DNA of 64,000 bases. It comes from Thermoplasmata archaeon. Its GTDB lineage: Archaea > Thermoplasmatota > Thermoplasmata > Lutacidiplasmatales > UBA184. Below, piece after piece: positions 62,324 through 64,000 of the stretch. The notes under the pieces were generated by a model. That model was not told where the DNA came from and did not search any database. It saw only the letters and a list, made by a program, of their open reading frames with translations. The stretch covers positions 24,043 through 88,042 of the forward strand of contig JAGWLG010000002.1 in the NCBI GenBank assembly GCA_028864975.1, given 5' to 3'. The position numbers and the translations under genes are program-made. The first letter of the stretch is position 1, and each line of letters opens with the position of its first letter.

Positions 62324-63598
62324 GTGGGAACGGTGAGAGAAGGTCTACTGTTCCCCGGTGTGGTCCTCACGGTCCTGATGATCCTGTTCGCCTTCGCTCC
62401 TCTCCCGAACGCTCCGTCCGGGCAGGTGAGCTCGGCCCGGGCGCTCACGGTGAAGCCCCCCGCCTTCCCCTACTCGGAGGAGACGCCGATCAGCGTCAGC
62501 TGGAACGGGGGGAACGCTAGCACCTTCCTCGAGATCATCCCGTGCCTGGACTCGAACTGCTCTGCCGGGCCGAAGGCCCCCGTCACCGCGCCGCTCACGG
62601 TCAACGGAGGGGCCGTTGTGGCCAACGGGAGCTCGGGCGGCTTCACGGTCTGGGTCTCCACGACGCTGAGCCTGCTCATCGTGACGAACTCTCTCGCGCC
62701 GCTCAGCGTCACCGTGACGTGGAACGAGATGCCGGAGTTCGGGTTGCTCTGGGAGATCCTGACGGTCGTGGGCATCCTCCTCACGATCGGCGGGATGGTG
62801 CTCCCCGAGCACGGGGCCCCCCGCGGGCACCACCGGCGGCTTTCCTACGCCCACTGGAGGCACCACGCCTTCGCGCTCCCCCCTCACCTTCCCTCGACGG
62901 GGCTGACCTGCTCCGCCTGCGGGCTCTCGGACATCCCGCACGAGGACGACTTCTGCCCGCGTTGCCAAGCCCCCTTGCCGCGGGCCTCGACGGTCGTCCC
63001 CGGTCCTCCGTCGACCGCGGCGGCCGCCCCGGCCTCCCCCGCACGCCCCCGTGGCGCGGAGATGGCGGCGGGGACCGCCGCGGCGGCGTCGGCGGCCGGC
63101 ACGGTGGCCGCCGTGCCCCCCAAGAAGCGCGTCGCGGTGAACAAGTCGAAGGTCGCGGGGCAGTCGCTCTCCGTCGCCGACCCCGACCCGCTACGACCCT
63201 GGCGCGTGATGAAGGGCCTCGGGTTCGCTCCCGAAGAGGCCGTCGTCTTCACCCGCGAGGACCCGGTGGTCCTGGAGGAGAAGTACCACCTGACCGCTCA
63301 GCAGGTCCACATCATCAGCCGCACCGAAGGGGAGGGGACGATCTCCCCCTCGGAGTGCGACAAGATCGCGGACCTCGCCGACCAGCATCTTCGCAGCCAC
63401 GCGGGGGGCGTCGTGGTCCTGACCGACCCGAACTACTTCGTGACCCACGGTGGGTTCGACGTGCTTCGTAGGTTGGTGCTCGCGATCCAGGACCACGCCC
63501 GCGAGCAACGCGGGACCTTCATCCTCGCCTTCAACCCGTCGGTCTTCACGCCCGACCAGCGAGCGCAGCTCGAGGAGCGGATGCGCAAGGTCGTGTGA
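62324..63598 (+). CDS. bitopic membrane protein with Cys-pair ectodomain, cytoplasmic zinc ribbon, Ala/Pro-rich linker and C-terminal DUF835-like domain (family member D)
   Basis: TM 'LLFPGVVLTVLMILFAFAPL', 'IPCLDSNCSAGPK', TM 'LLWEILTVVGILLTIGGMVL', 'CSACGL...CPRCQAP'; C-terminus 'VVFTREDPVVLEEKYHLTAQQVHIISRTEGEGTISPSECDKIADLADQHLRSHAGGVVVLTDPNYFVTHGGFDVLRRLVLAIQDHAREQRGTFILAFNPSVFTPDQRAQLEE' aligns with the DUF835-like segment of the 39663 ORF. Confidence 0.6.
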   Translation: MGTVREGLLFPGVVLTVLMILFAFAPLPNAPSGQVSSARALTVKPPAFPYSEETPISVSWNGGNASTFLEIIPCLDSNCSAGPKAPVTAPLTVNGGAVVANGSSGGFTVWVSTTLSLLIVTNSLAPLSVTVTWNEMPEFGLLWEILTVVGILLTIGGMVLPEHGAPRGHHRRLSYAHWRHHAFALPPHLPSTGLTCSACGLSDIPHEDDFCPRCQAPLPRASTVVPGPPSTAAAAPASPARPRGAEMAAGTAAAASAAGTVAAVPPKKRVAVNKSKVAGQSLSVADPDPLRPWRVMKGLGFAPEEAVVFTREDPVVLEEKYHLTAQQVHIISRTEGEGTISPSECDKIADLADQHLRSHAGGVVVLTDPNYFVTHGGFDVLRRLVLAIQDHAREQRGTFILAFNPSVFTPDQRAQLEERMRKVV

Positions 63599-64000
63599 CC
63601 GACGGCATTACCCCTGCTGCACCGCTCCGATTCCGTCCGACCCGACGCCTCGAGCGCTCCCCCCATGGGGAGCGGCTGTTGGAGGCGGCGCTCGAGGTCG
63701 CTCCGGCCTTCCCCGAGCTTGCGGGAGAGGTCCGGTTGGACCTGCTCCCCAGCTCCTCCCGCTACCGTGGGCTGACCTTCGCGCTGGAGCGGCCGCCGAG
63801 GGTGGCCGTTCGACCTCACAGCCGGACGCCGATCGCGCTCCGCGCGACGTTGGCGCACGAGTTCGTCCACCTGCTGCAGCCCCCCCATGGGGACATCCCC
63901 GGAGGGGAGCGCTCGTGCGACCTCTACGCGATGGCGAGAGTGGGGAGCCGATACCCGCACCCCCCCGCCTATCTTCGACTTCCCCGGGGGCTCGCCCGCG
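63595..64000 (+). CDS. SprT-like/zincin-like metallopeptidase-domain protein, 3'-truncated at window end (not in ORF track)
   Basis: Frame 1 open from GTG overlapping the upstream stop (GTGTGA) to the window end with high GC3; 'RTPIALRATLAHEFVHLLQPPHGD' contains HExxH in a SprT-like context. Confidence 0.4.
   Translation, partial: MTDGITPAAPLRFRPTRRLERSPHGERLLEAALEVAPAFPELAGEVRLDLLPSSSRYRGLTFALERPPRVAVRPHSRTPIALRATLAHEFVHLLQPPHGDIPGGERSCDLYAMARVGSRYPHPPAYLRLPRGLAR

Overview
This is a ~70% GC, gene-dense segment of an archaeal chromosome. The archaeal assignment rests on a conserved ribosomal cluster (L7Ae, S28e, L24e) followed by nucleoside diphosphate kinase, an archaeal-type Tyr-tRNA synthetase, NMN adenylyltransferase, type-2 methionine aminopeptidase and a proteasome alpha subunit. 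Proteins are Arg-rich and not acidic, so not a halophile. The many 'divergent InlB B-repeat' domains suggest an uncultured Thermoplasmatota-like lineage, but that is low confidence. About 60 genes are supported. They include a glycosylation operon (regulator, epimerase, GT2, DUF2064), a P-type ATPase, several MFS transporters, a UbiA prenyltransferase, malic enzyme, an HD-domain phosphohydrolase, an ArsR/cupredoxin operon, a UPF0175/DUF3368(PIN) toxin-antitoxin pair, an M1 aminopeptidase, a split MetE, two MarR regulators, an ABC-2 exporter, a 1474-aa surface protein with about 12 InlB-B repeats plus a PKD domain, and a tandem family of small bitopic membrane proteins. The most unusual content is (i) a STAND-type AAA_16 ATPase carrying a DUF835-like domain inserted between its Walker A and Walker B motifs, with a C-terminal TPR array (39663-42815), and a catalytically degenerate paralogue next to the TA pair (28660-31011). 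(ii) A second DUF835-like domain sits at the cytoplasmic end of a membrane-anchored zinc-ribbon protein (62324-63598), followed by a SprT-like zincin gene. (iii) A ribbon-helix-helix module is fused in frame to the N-terminus of proteasome alpha, behind a perfect 10-bp inverted repeat. (iv) Lys/Ala/Pro-rich histone-H1-like tails occur on L24e and on the MetE N-like protein. (v) An antisense methyltransferase gene is inserted into the conserved L24e/ndk cluster. No CRISPR array, rRNA or convincing tRNA was seen. The many long overlapping ORFs in the six-frame track are high-GC artefacts.
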